Of a DNA stretch of 64,000 nucleotides, positions 20,359 to 29,629 are shown piece after piece; the stretch's first letter is position 1, and each line of letters begins with the position of its first letter. The position numbers were made by a program, and so were the translations under genes. The DNA lies in IMG/VR virus record IMGVR_UViG_3300028578_000003, positions 1-64,000 of that record; one strand, 5' to 3'. The notes beneath the pieces were generated by a model. It was not told where the DNA came from, ran no database searches, and saw nothing but the letters and a program-made list of their open reading frames with translations. The stretch comes from a virus.

Positions 20359-20604
20359 TCACCGATCCCTCTTCGCCCGGCCCGCGTGGTAGTGGGGGCC
20401 GCGGGTGTGTGCGTACTGGTGGGCGACCAGCCAGGACAGCACCGGCCGTACTTCCTCGGTGGTGCGGCGCGTCAGCCGGGCGGCGGCCGCCGGGGTCAGC
20501 CCCCGGCGGCCGGCACGCTCCAGCACGGCCTCGATCACGGCGGCCAGACGGTCCTGCTCGTCGGTCAGCTCGGCGACCGTGGCCAGTTCCAGGAGGGCAG
20601 TCAT
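20359..20604 (-). CDS. Small winged-HTH protein
   Basis: GLTPAAAARLTRRTTEEVRPVLSWLV; GAGGAG RBS. Confidence 0.6.
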   Translation of the reverse strand: MTALLELATVAELTDEQDRLAAVIEAVLERAGRRGLTPAAAARLTRRTTEEVRPVLSWLVAHQYAHTRGPHYHAGRAKRDR

Positions 20605-20609
20605 GGTGG

Positions 20610-20855
20610 TCAACTCCTCGGCGGCCACGGACGCCGGACGCGGATGTTCTGGCCGTTCGGGTCGTAGTGCGCCCGGGTGGCCCTGTCCAGCGCCTGCGCG
20701 GCGGTGAGCCGGCCGTTGTGCGTGAAGCGGGGGTAGTGCGGATCGTTGCTCTGCCCCGGCTTCAGCAGCCCGCGGTCGGGACCGGTCAGGGAGGCGCACC
20801 GCAGGTCGTAGCGGACCCAGCGCAGGTAGCGGCGACGCTTGCGGGCGGTGCTCAC
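20610..20855 (-). CDS. Hypothetical protein
   Basis: GTGA coupling. Confidence 0.5.
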   Translation of the reverse strand: MSTARKRRRYLRWVRYDLRCASLTGPDRGLLKPGQSNDPHYPRFTHNGRLTAAQALDRATRAHYDPNGQNIRVRRPWPPRS

Positions 20856-21208
20856 GACAGCGCGCCAGGAACGTGGCGGGCCACGAACTCGCGGACCCGC
20901 TCGGCGATCCGCTCGAACAGCACGGAGATCGGCAACTCGTGGTCGATCTGCACGGGGTCACCTTCGGCGTCGTTGAGCGCGATGTACCAGCGCATGACCT
21001 TGTCGTCGCTTCGCAGGTGTGGGCTGACGCCGACCCGGCGGCCGTCCGGAAGGTTGAGCCACGTCACGTAGTCGCCGCCCGGAGAGCTGGCCTCCATGTA
21101 CCACGGCTCGCCGAGCTCCTTCTGGAGCGCCGCCCCCAGCACCGGGCTGAACTCGTGCCTCCGGTCGTAGATGTTGTTCGGGCCGGCGAGCGGAGGGTCG
21201 GTTTTCAT
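20852..21208 (-). CDS. Hypothetical protein
   Basis: AGGAGG RBS. Confidence 0.65.
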   Translation of the reverse strand: MKTDPPLAGPNNIYDRRHEFSPVLGAALQKELGEPWYMEASSPGGDYVTWLNLPDGRRVGVSPHLRSDDKVMRWYIALNDAEGDPVQIDHELPISVLFERIAERVREFVARHVPGALS

Positions 21209-21265
21209 CTGTGTGCCTCCTGGAGTGGGTGGGGACTCAGGTCGCGGTTTTGGCTCACCACCGGG

Positions 21266-21736
21266 TCACGTGGCCCTCTGGGCGGGGCCGACCCGCAGCA
21301 CGTGGCCCCCGCCGCCGCCGGCCAGGATCTTGTCGACTTCCTGGTTGCTGTGGAACCCACCCCAGGTGGAGCGCCACGCCGCGGTGGTGGACGGGTTGGT
21401 CTTGATGTAGGCGGCGTTGGAGGTGGCGACCACGCTCTGGTCGGGCAGGCACGCCGCTAGGGAGAACGTGCCCGTCTCCTCGTATTTCGCTGCGGCCGCC
21501 TTCGCCCCGTCAGGGGTGGCGTGGTGACCGAGGTCGACCTCTCCGTGCGTGTGGCCGTGCCGGTCAACGCCGATGAGCATCAGGTGCCACGGCGCCGCGC
21601 GGTTGTCCGGACCGTACGGGCGGAAGCGGTCCTCCTGAAGCCAGTAGTACGCGTTGGTCATGCCGTCGGGGACGCGGTGGCTGCTGGCCGCTCGGGTGTC
21701 GTCGTCGTTGCCGGTCCAGGTCAGGGCAGTGGGCAT
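21266..21736 (-). CDS. Hypothetical protein
   Basis: GGAG RBS before MPTALTW. Confidence 0.6.
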   Translation of the reverse strand: MPTALTWTGNDDDTRAASSHRVPDGMTNAYYWLQEDRFRPYGPDNRAAPWHLMLIGVDRHGHTHGEVDLGHHATPDGAKAAAAKYEETGTFSLAACLPDQSVVATSNAAYIKTNPSTTAAWRSTWGGFHSNQEVDKILAGGGGGHVLRVGPAQRAT

Positions 21737-21764
21737 GCTGTATCTCCAGGGTGTGGGGTGTGGG

Positions 21765-23849
21765 TCAGACCAGTTCGAACTTGGGGATCTCAACCCCGGT
21801 GACGCCCTCCATCAGGCAGGCGACCAGGTCACGGGCAGAGCAGCGGGTGACGGCGTTGCCGAGCATCCGAACCTTGTCCCGCTTGGCTTTGCCGAGCAGC
21901 ACGTAGCCGCTGGAGAAGTCCATGCCGGCCTGGATCTCGGCGACGGCGAGCATCCGCAGTGTGCAGTCGTCGACGTCGACGGCGGTGCCGACCAGTGCGT
22001 CACCGTCCACAGTGGTCTGTGCCGGGATCGGCTCGTCCAGTGGCCGCATGATGCCTGTGTCGTAGGCGTAGAGCACGTGGTCCCAGCGGATCAGCGACTG
22101 CCCGCCTTCGGTGGTGAAGGTGCGCAGCGGCTCGTTGGGGCGGTAGCTCATTTGGCCCTGGTCACCGCGGGCGGTGTTGTTGCGCATCACCATCGCCGCG
22201 TCGGCCGGCAGGCCGATCAGCGACTGGTGCCCGGCGGTGGTCAGGGTCCGGATCGGCTCCCCGGCGGGCGTGCACATCTCCGCGCCGCCGTGGTTGTTGC
22301 GCATTACGAGGGCGTGGTGCTCGCCGCCGGCGGCGACCGTCTTGAACGGGTGGGTGGGTGGGGTGGCGACGCCGTTGTTGCGCAGTGGCACCACGAGGGC
22401 GTCCTGGTGGCGGGTGGTCTGCGCCCGCATCGGGTCGTTAGCGGGGCGGGCGAAGACACCGTCGCGGCCTTCCAGCGGCACGACCAGCGCGGTGTTCTCC
22501 CGGGTGGTGCAGGTCCGCATCGGCCCTTCGACCGTCGACGCGTCGTCGTTCCAGGTGCCGCCGGTCGGCACGAGCATCTCCGGGCCGACCGCGATGCTCT
22601 TGCTCAGCGTCGTGTGTTGGGTGCCCAGCGGCCGGTCGACCGGCCAGGACCTCACGCCGGGCCGCCGCTCGAAGGTGTGCCCTGAGGTCTCGACCACGAC
22701 CGGCTGGCAGTAGCGCTCCAGGCCGGCGGCGATGCGGGCGCGGGTCTTCGCGGCGAGTGGCCGCTTGCGGTCGCCGATCCGCTCGGCGGGCAGGGACCAG
22801 TCGATCGCGGAGGCGGCCGGCAGGACCAGCGGGTGGACCATCTGGCCGGCGCACGCCTTGGCGGGGCAGCGGTATGTGTACTGGGCCCGTGGGCCGTACC
22901 GCATCGGCCGCAACTTGCCCGGCTTGGGGTTGTAGATGCCGTCCACGACGTCGCCGCAGGAGGGGCAGGACGACTTGGGCCGCAGCCACTTGTTCCAGTC
23001 CGGGGTCTTGTAGATCGCCTTCCAGAAGATGATGTAGACGCGGTCCCGCAGTTGCGGCGCCGGCATACCGGTGGCCTGGGCGAACGCCGAATTCAGGGTA
23101 ATGATCTTCCAGCGGTAGCCCTCTGCCTCCATCTCGCGGAGCATGCGGGGCAGGGCGGCCCACTTGAGGATGTCGGGGACGTTCTCGACGATGATGCCCT
23201 TGTACTGGTGGTGACGGGCGAACCGGACCACGTCGGTCATCAGCATCCGGGACCGCCAGCGCGCTTCTCGCGCCTCGGGCGTCTCCGGGTCGCCTTCCAT
23301 CACGTCCAGCGCGAGCTGCTCGCTCTGCAGGTCGTAGTCGCAGGCCTCACCCCTGGCCACAGACCAGTACGTGCACTCCGGTGAGAACCAGGCGAAGTCC
23401 GTGCGCGGGTACCGCTTCGGGTCGGTGCGGGCGACGTTGGCGACGTCGTGGTCGGTGTCGGGGTGGTTGAAGTTGTGCGTCTCGATCGCGAGGGGCCAGT
23501 GATTCACGGCCATCCGCACGCCGGCGCCGGGCACTTCTCCGATCCCCGACGATGACCCGCCGGCGCCGGCGAAGAAGTCCGACCAGGTCGCCTCGACACC
23601 GTCCGGTGCCGAGCGGGTCGGCAGCACCCGCGGCAGCGAGCGGCGCAGCTCGGTGAGCGTGTCACCGCAGTCCCACACCTGGATCGGTTTGGTCGGGTGA
23701 TACGGCGTCGTCACCGTGAACAGGTGCGGCGCCTTCCGGGTCATCCCCTGGTGCAGCGCTTCCATGTCGACCGGTCCGGGCGGCGCCGTGTCGGTGGCGA
23801 GGGCTGCGTCGACGGCCTTGCCCATGGCGTTCATGTCGAGCACGGTCAC
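21765..23849 (-). CDS. C5-cytosine DNA methyltransferase
   Basis: DFFAGAGG (motif I), SPEC (IV), ENV (VI), QLRDR (VIII), LGNAV (X). Confidence 0.95.
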   Translation of the reverse strand: MTVLDMNAMGKAVDAALATDTAPPGPVDMEALHQGMTRKAPHLFTVTTPYHPTKPIQVWDCGDTLTELRRSLPRVLPTRSAPDGVEATWSDFFAGAGGSSSGIGEVPGAGVRMAVNHWPLAIETHNFNHPDTDHDVANVARTDPKRYPRTDFAWFSPECTYWSVARGEACDYDLQSEQLALDVMEGDPETPEAREARWRSRMLMTDVVRFARHHQYKGIIVENVPDILKWAALPRMLREMEAEGYRWKIITLNSAFAQATGMPAPQLRDRVYIIFWKAIYKTPDWNKWLRPKSSCPSCGDVVDGIYNPKPGKLRPMRYGPRAQYTYRCPAKACAGQMVHPLVLPAASAIDWSLPAERIGDRKRPLAAKTRARIAAGLERYCQPVVVETSGHTFERRPGVRSWPVDRPLGTQHTTLSKSIAVGPEMLVPTGGTWNDDASTVEGPMRTCTTRENTALVVPLEGRDGVFARPANDPMRAQTTRHQDALVVPLRNNGVATPPTHPFKTVAAGGEHHALVMRNNHGGAEMCTPAGEPIRTLTTAGHQSLIGLPADAAMVMRNNTARGDQGQMSYRPNEPLRTFTTEGGQSLIRWDHVLYAYDTGIMRPLDEPIPAQTTVDGDALVGTAVDVDDCTLRMLAVAEIQAGMDFSSGYVLLGKAKRDKVRMLGNAVTRCSARDLVACLMEGVTGVEIPKFELV

Positions 23850-24133
23850 GGGTTACCTCCGGGGATCTCGGCGGGCACGGCGACCCGACGCTTGAGCTTG
23901 CGGCGCTCACCTGCGGACAGACCGCCCCAGACGCCGAACCGCTCGTCGTGGCCGAGCGCGTATGCCAGGCATTCGGTCGTGACCTCGCAGCGGGCGCAGA
24001 TGCGTTTGGCCTCGCGGGGCGATCTGCCCTTCTCCGGGAAGAACGCCTCCGGGTCGGTTTGTTGGCACAGCGCCCGCTCTTGCCATTCGGGTGTGTCGCC
24101 GATCAGGTCGGCGACCTTTAGCGGACCGTCCAT
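23846..24133 (-). CDS. whiB: WhiB-family Fe-S transcription factor (WhiB2-like)
   Basis: WQERALC..TDPEAFFPEKG...AKRICARCEV..ECL.YAL..DERFGVWGGLS. Confidence 0.95.
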   Translation of the reverse strand: MDGPLKVADLIGDTPEWQERALCQQTDPEAFFPEKGRSPREAKRICARCEVTTECLAYALGHDERFGVWGGLSAGERRKLKRRVAVPAEIPGGNP

Positions 24134-24234
24134 GGTGCGCCCTCCATGCCGTCGTAGGTTTCCCCGACCGTGTGTAAATCCTATACACGCAGACGCGGAT
24201 TTATAAGGGGTTGGTGTCAGATACAGGGGATAGA

Positions 24235-24282
24235 ACCGGACAGGGCCGGGCCTGCCTTTCCGCAGGCCCGGCCCTGTCCGGG
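24235..24282 (-). terminator. Long hairpin, probable terminator upstream of whiB
   Basis: ccggacagggccgggcctgc...gcaggcccggccctgtccgg perfect inverted repeat just after the 24296 stop. Confidence 0.65.
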
Positions 24283-24295
24283 AGGGGTGTACGTA

Positions 24296-25198
24296 CTACC
24301 AGTGGTCGGGGTGGGCGGGGTGGTTGTAGTCGTTGTCCACCGCCGCGGCCGCCGCACCGTGCGCCGAGTACGGCACCCCGTCGTCGACGACCTTGCCCTC
24401 GATCACCATGCTGCCCGCCAGCCACAGCGCGACCCGCTCGGCGACCTCGATCTGCCGCTCCGACAGCTCGGGCCGGTGCGGGGCGGCGTCGCGGTACTCG
24501 ACCAGGGTGGCCAGCGCCGTCTCGATGTCGGCGGTGGTGAGCCCGACCACCCCGCTGGTACGGACCGCCCGGGTTCGGGCGGCGACGTCGTCGATCCGCT
24601 CGGCCAACACGGTCAGGGCGAGCTCGGCGGCCTCGTAGCCGGGGATCACCTCGTGCTCGCCGGGGATGAGCTCACGCTCGGTGATCCGACCCAGCGACAC
24701 GGGGATCTGGTCGACGACGACCTCGCCGGCGATGCCGCCGTCCGGGCCGCCCGCCGGGTCAGCGGTCGCCCACACCTTGAGCTGTGTGACGCCCCCGTCG
24801 AGCCGCCAGCCCGACTGCCCGTGCCAGTCGGCGTCGTGCAGCATGGACAGCACGCCCTCGACCAGCCAGCCGCCGGCGCCGTCGAGGCGTTGGTAGGCGG
24901 TCGCCAACGGCTCGACGTCCCGGATCTTCCCCTGCCCGGTGTCGCCGTCCAGCCAGGCCCGGAACGCGTCGACGTTGAAGGTGGCGGCCGGGTGACCCGG
25001 CTCGCCCGCGAATCCCACCACCATGCGCTGGCCGAGGGCGAGCAGCGCGGCGCGGCTGCCGTAGATGACTGCCTTGTCGTCCAGGCCAGCGGCGACCGCG
25101 TACTGGTCCTCGCCCAGCTCCTGCCCTTCGTCGCCGTCGAACTCGTAGCCGGGCGCGAACAAGCCCGCCTCGGTGGCCCTGCCCCACACGTGGGTCAT
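24296..25198 (-). CDS. Acidic hypothetical protein
   Basis: GGAGAG RBS before MTHVWG. Confidence 0.65.
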   Translation of the reverse strand: MTHVWGRATEAGLFAPGYEFDGDEGQELGEDQYAVAAGLDDKAVIYGSRAALLALGQRMVVGFAGEPGHPAATFNVDAFRAWLDGDTGQGKIRDVEPLATAYQRLDGAGGWLVEGVLSMLHDADWHGQSGWRLDGGVTQLKVWATADPAGGPDGGIAGEVVVDQIPVSLGRITERELIPGEHEVIPGYEAAELALTVLAERIDDVAARTRAVRTSGVVGLTTADIETALATLVEYRDAAPHRPELSERQIEVAERVALWLAGSMVIEGKVVDDGVPYSAHGAAAAAVDNDYNHPAHPDHW

Positions 25199-25243
25199 GG
25201 TGCTCTCCGTTCGTTCCGGTAAGTGGCCGGCTGAGTTGCCGGG

Positions 25244-25299
25244 ACCACTCAGCGATCCGCCCGCCTCACCGGGGGTGGGCGGGCGGATCACTGGGCGGC
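25244..25299 (-). repeat. Conserved intergenic stem-loop, copy 1 of 8
   Basis: Minus strand GCCCAGUG-stem-CGCUGAGUGG; related copies near 28579, 29571, 35821, 37224, 38101, 39071, 39685. Confidence 0.75.
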
Positions 25300-25304
25300 A
25301 CCGA

Positions 25305-25757
25305 TCAGGCGCCGCTGTCACCTGCGGCATGGCGCTGCCGGGCATGCCAGTCGATGATCGCGAGGCGGCGTTGGCCGGCGGCGACCGCCTCACGCCTGGT
25401 CTTGTGCCATGTCGCCCGCCTGCCCGGCAGGCCCATACGCCAGGTCCCGTGGAACGAGGGGGCGGTCTTGTCGACCTGGATCCTCGGGTCTTTCGGGTGC
25501 GCCAGCGTGGTGTTGGCCGGCGCGACCATCTCCGGCTGGCAGAGCACGGTCATGCCGCCCTTGCCGCGACCCACCACGTAGACCAGGCCGTTCGAGGTCG
25601 CGGCGTGCTCGTCCACGCCGCCGTACTCGACCGGCCTCTCCAGATCCCAGGACAGGACCAGGGCGCCGACCTCGATCCCGGATGAGGGCGTGTCCGGGTC
25701 CGCCGGCGTCATGGCCGCGTCAACGGCCACCCCCAGGGCCGCCATGTCGAGTTGCAT
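25305..25757 (-). CDS. Hypothetical protein with N-terminal LDMAALGVAVDAAM tag
   Basis: ORF track; GAGG RBS. Confidence 0.65.
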   Translation of the reverse strand: MQLDMAALGVAVDAAMTPADPDTPSSGIEVGALVLSWDLERPVEYGGVDEHAATSNGLVYVVGRGKGGMTVLCQPEMVAPANTTLAHPKDPRIQVDKTAPSFHGTWRMGLPGRRATWHKTRREAVAAGQRRLAIIDWHARQRHAAGDSGA

Positions 25758-25793
25758 CGTTGCCTCGCTCTCTTTGTCGGGGGCCGGCGCCGA

Positions 25794-26429
25794 TCAGTCG
25801 TTGTCGTTCGGCGCGGTGTGCTCGCTGCTGCACGGGCGGGGGTCGCCGTACTGGCCGTCGGCGTCGATTTCGGTCCAGACGCCGCAGTACTCGCCGTCGA
25901 CCGTGTGCAGGCACCGGCCCTCGTTCTCCCGGGGGTCGACCACGATGTCGTCGAGGTCGACGAGCACCGAGGGGGCGGTCGGGTCGTCCGGCAGGTAGAT
26001 CAGCCCGTGCCGGGCGAGGATGTGCGGGTAGGCGACGATGTCGGCGGCGTTGAAGACCCGCCCGGTGACCTTGGCGTCGCGCCACGGCTCGGGGTCCGCG
26101 CAGAAGTCGTCGACAGCCGCCTCCCATGCCTCGGCGAAGTTGGTCACCGTGTCGTCCAGCAGGAACCGCCACCGGCCGGCGTTGCTCTCGGCGGTCGTAC
26201 GGTCGGGGGTGTTGTAGTCGACGTACCCGTACCGCTCGGTGCCGCCGCCCAGCAGTTGCACGGCGAGCCTGGCGGCGATCCGAGCATGCTCGTCAGCCTG
26301 CTCACGGACTTCGCCCTCGGCGTTTTCGTGGCCGGTCGCGTTGGCCTCATCGCACAGGTCGCTGGCCTCGTCGTCGAGGCGCTCCATGGCGGCAAGGGCG
26401 GCGCGGAACTTCTGCAGAAGGTCGGTCAT
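25794..26429 (-). CDS. Hypothetical protein
   Basis: ATGA overlap; GAGGAG RBS. Confidence 0.65.
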   Translation of the reverse strand: MTDLLQKFRAALAAMERLDDEASDLCDEANATGHENAEGEVREQADEHARIAARLAVQLLGGGTERYGYVDYNTPDRTTAESNAGRWRFLLDDTVTNFAEAWEAAVDDFCADPEPWRDAKVTGRVFNAADIVAYPHILARHGLIYLPDDPTAPSVLVDLDDIVVDPRENEGRCLHTVDGEYCGVWTEIDADGQYGDPRPCSSEHTAPNDND

Positions 26430-27562
26430 GTGCTCCTCGATCCGTTGGCGGCCTCGATGGCGGGGAGGACCTCGGCGAGGATCCGCGCCATCGTGAACCG
26501 CAGGGCGTGGCGGTTGGCGTCGCCGCCGTAGAAGCGGCGGCCGTCTTGTAGGCAGGTGATCGGTGTGGTGCCCGACCCGGTGAACGGGTCGCAGACCAGG
26601 TCGTCGGGGTTCGTGGTGGACCGGACCACCCGGGACACCAGCGGGACCGGCAACGCGTTGTCGTAGCGCAGCAGCCCGCGCCGCCGCTCCTGCGGGATGT
26701 CGCTCCACACGTCGGTCGCGTAGATCTCGCCGTTGCGGCCGCGGGGCATCTCTTCTGGGCGGTGGAACGTGCGGTGCTTGGAGTCGAGCGGCCCGTTGGT
26801 CAGCAGGGTGATCGTGTGGTGCTGGTGGACGTACCGGCGTGTGGTGTAGAGCCCGAACTGGCGCTCCCACACGATGCTGTTGACGTAGGTCAGACCGACG
26901 TCCTCGGCGGTGACTTGTACCCGGGCGGCCTGTTGGGCGCCGGTGATGATGGCCAGGTAGCCGCCCGGCCGGATCGCGTCCTTGGCCGCCTGCACCCAGC
27001 TGGCGGTGAAGTCGGCGTACCGGCCGGGGTCGACCTCCACATACCCGGGCACGACCCGGGCGTGGTCGCGGCGGTAGGTGCGCCGATACGCGGCGCGGGG
27101 GTCGCCTCGGTACAAAGCCCACGGCGGATCGGCGACGATCAGGTCGATCGGCTCGCCGCACCGGGCCAGGACCTCGGTCGCCGCGCCGAGCACGAGCTCG
27201 ATCTGCGCCTTGTCGTTGGGCAGCCACACGAACAGCGCCCGGGTGGGCCGCTCGACACTGCCCTCGATCAGCCACGCCCCACCCTCGCGCGGCGCCCAGC
27301 CGTGCCGGTGCGCCGCGTACAGCGCGGACCGTACCCGCCGTTTGTACTGCTCCCGCCCGTCTTGGATGCGTTTGCGACCGCCGGGCCGGTCGGCCAGCCC
27401 GACCCGCTCGGCGATCCGGTAAAGCTGAGGCATGGTGAAGGTGCCGCCGCCGCGTAGCGCCCGGATCATGTCCGCCTCGGTCTTGAGGGGTTTGAGCCGG
27501 GCGAGCCGGGCGACGGCCGCGTCGACGGCCGCCTCCAGCGCGCCCATGTCCAGGTCGAGCAT
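26426..27562 (-). CDS. Beta-class N4/N6 DNA methyltransferase with N-terminal winged-helix (Mrr_N-like) region
   Basis: IDLIVADPPW precedes LVCDPFTGSGTT; N-terminal QYKRRVRSAL..GAWLI segment. Confidence 0.88.
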   Translation of the reverse strand: MLDLDMGALEAAVDAAVARLARLKPLKTEADMIRALRGGGTFTMPQLYRIAERVGLADRPGGRKRIQDGREQYKRRVRSALYAAHRHGWAPREGGAWLIEGSVERPTRALFVWLPNDKAQIELVLGAATEVLARCGEPIDLIVADPPWALYRGDPRAAYRRTYRRDHARVVPGYVEVDPGRYADFTASWVQAAKDAIRPGGYLAIITGAQQAARVQVTAEDVGLTYVNSIVWERQFGLYTTRRYVHQHHTITLLTNGPLDSKHRTFHRPEEMPRGRNGEIYATDVWSDIPQERRRGLLRYDNALPVPLVSRVVRSTTNPDDLVCDPFTGSGTTPITCLQDGRRFYGGDANRHALRFTMARILAEVLPAIEAANGSRST

Positions 27563-27564
27563 CG

Positions 27565-28530
27565 CTACGCGTCGAACGGGTTGGGGTGACCGTCCACGTC
27601 CTTCAGGCGGTCACGGACGTAGCCGCACCACGCCCACTGCTGGTCGTCCAGGCCGACCGGGGCGGCCAGGGACGCGAGCCGCCAGTCGGGGTGTCCGCCG
27701 AACACCTCGGCGCAGGCCAGGTCCACACCGTTCTCAGCGACCGCGTACGCCACCCGCTGCTGGTTGTCGGTGAGCACGTAACGGGGTTCGAAGTCGGCCG
27801 CCGGGCGGGGGGCCGCCAACCCGGTCTCGCGGGAGACGTTGTAGTACAGCCACGTGCGGACGGCCTCGTTGGTGGCCTCCTCCAGCGCCAGCGTCTCGCC
27901 GGGCCCGAAGTCGCCGCTGTCCACCTCGGGGAACTGGTCGGCCAGCGCCGCCCAGAACGCGTCCCGGGCGGCTTCCTGCGCGGCGGCGATCCGGTTGACG
28001 CGGGCCTTGGCCACCTCGACCAGGTCGGCGATGATCCGCGCGTACTCGGCCACGGTGGCGAAGGCGGGCAGGGTCGGCGACGGCGGGGCGCCGGCGTCGT
28101 TGATGCTCACCTTGAACTCGGCGCGGTCGGCGACCGGGACGGTGTTGTCGGGGCCGTCGAACCTGCCGGGCCCGGCCTGCACCAGGTGGCCGCCGCTCGG
28201 GTCCAGTCCGGTGGTGCCGTACTTGCCGGCGTACAGGGTGGCCGACGCCCCGATGAACGCGGGCACGCCGATCCTGAGCAGCTCCTCGACGACGCGGTTG
28301 AGAAGGATGCGGTACGGCTGCCGGCCCTCGTTGTAGGCGGCGCGCAGGTCAGCGACCGCTTCGCTGTTCACCTGCGTCTCGTCGCTGGGCCCGACCATGA
28401 CGCCGCTGGCCAGGGCGAGCAGGGCCTCGTCGGTGGGCAGGCTAGGTTCCGGCCGGGCGGCGGCGTCGGCCCGGCCCAGCGAACGAACCAGTTCCAGTGC
28501 CCGGTGCCAGCTGTTCTCGGGTGCACCCAT
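27565..28530 (-). CDS. Hypothetical protein
   Basis: AAGGAGG RBS. Confidence 0.7.
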   Translation of the reverse strand: MGAPENSWHRALELVRSLGRADAAARPEPSLPTDEALLALASGVMVGPSDETQVNSEAVADLRAAYNEGRQPYRILLNRVVEELLRIGVPAFIGASATLYAGKYGTTGLDPSGGHLVQAGPGRFDGPDNTVPVADRAEFKVSINDAGAPPSPTLPAFATVAEYARIIADLVEVAKARVNRIAAAQEAARDAFWAALADQFPEVDSGDFGPGETLALEEATNEAVRTWLYYNVSRETGLAAPRPAADFEPRYVLTDNQQRVAYAVAENGVDLACAEVFGGHPDWRLASLAAPVGLDDQQWAWCGYVRDRLKDVDGHPNPFDA

Positions 28531-28632
28531 CGGGCGCCCTCCTTGCGTGTCGGTGAGGTGGTCGGCCCTGCGCCGAGGCCACTCGGCACCCGACCCACCG
28601 TGTTGGGGGGCTGGGCGCCGGGCAGTGCCGGA

Positions 28633-28908
28633 TCAGTAGAGGTGGATGTGGCTGATCTGTTCCCAGGGGATGGTGACGCTCTGCTCGGTCGGTTCGCCGT
28701 CGTCGGTCTGGAAGCCGGTCACCCCGTGCTCGTCGGCGGCGAACACGTACAGGTCGTGGGGGCTGTCACCCTCGGGGATCGGCACCCCGGCCGGCAGGAC
28801 GGCGGCGAGCACCGCCGGCTCGACGGTGAGCAGCTGGGTCAGCATGTCGGTCGAGCCGGGCCCGAAGGTCAGCACCGGTTCGGGCAGTTCGTGGCTTGGG
28901 ATCATCAT
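28633..28908 (-). CDS. Hypothetical protein
   Basis: ATGA overlap with the upstream gene. Confidence 0.6.
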   Translation of the reverse strand: MMIPSHELPEPVLTFGPGSTDMLTQLLTVEPAVLAAVLPAGVPIPEGDSPHDLYVFAADEHGVTGFQTDDGEPTEQSVTIPWEQISHIHLY

Positions 28909-29522
28909 CGGTACAGCTCCGCGGCGGTGTCGGCCGGGCGGGTCGTGACGTCTCGCCACTGCTCGCCGTCCCATGCCTGCCACCAGGCGTGGGACCGCTG
29001 TGGCAGCTTCGCCAGCACGTCCCTGGTCAGCTCCGCCCACTGAGCGTCGGTACGCATCTTGTTCGAGACCGCGAAGTCTTGCGGGTAGGGCGGGAAGCCC
29101 TCGGCCCGCTCGCTGTCGCCGTCCATCGCGTAGCCCAGCAGCCGCAGCACCGTTTTGCCCCGCCGCTGCGCGGCGACGACCCTGCCGGCGAGGTCGTGCT
29201 CGTTGACCAGCTCGTCGAGCAGGTGCTCGGCGGTGACCGGTTGGCCTTCCTCGGTGCGGCACTGGGCGGCGTACGCGTCCAACTCGCGGTCGCCGTAGGT
29301 GCGCCGGTCGTGGAAGGTGGCCATGGTCATGCCGCCGTGCCCGCTGTTCTCGATGACGCCGACGACGGCCCGGTTGACTCTCAGGTTGGCGGTGAACGCG
29401 ACCCCGTCCGAGGTGGCCAGTTCCTTGTAGCGGCTGACGGACAGGCTCCGGTCCGGTACCCGAAGCCCGGTGTGCGGCAGCCGGAGCGTGGTGACGTCGG
29501 CCGTTGTGGTGCTCGTTGGCAT
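28905..29522 (-). CDS. Hypothetical phage protein
   Basis: AAGGAG RBS; AFTANL...VGVIENSGHGG motif. Confidence 0.65.
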   Translation of the reverse strand: MPTSTTTADVTTLRLPHTGLRVPDRSLSVSRYKELATSDGVAFTANLRVNRAVVGVIENSGHGGMTMATFHDRRTYGDRELDAYAAQCRTEEGQPVTAEHLLDELVNEHDLAGRVVAAQRRGKTVLRLLGYAMDGDSERAEGFPPYPQDFAVSNKMRTDAQWAELTRDVLAKLPQRSHAWWQAWDGEQWRDVTTRPADTAAELYR

Positions 29523-29629
29523 ACGCGTGTGCTCCTTTGATCTGGTGTAGTGGTCGGCCCTGCGCCGAAGCCACTCGGCACCCGACCCCACAGGCGTTTG
29601 CGGGGTCGGACACTGGGCGGCTTGGGGGA

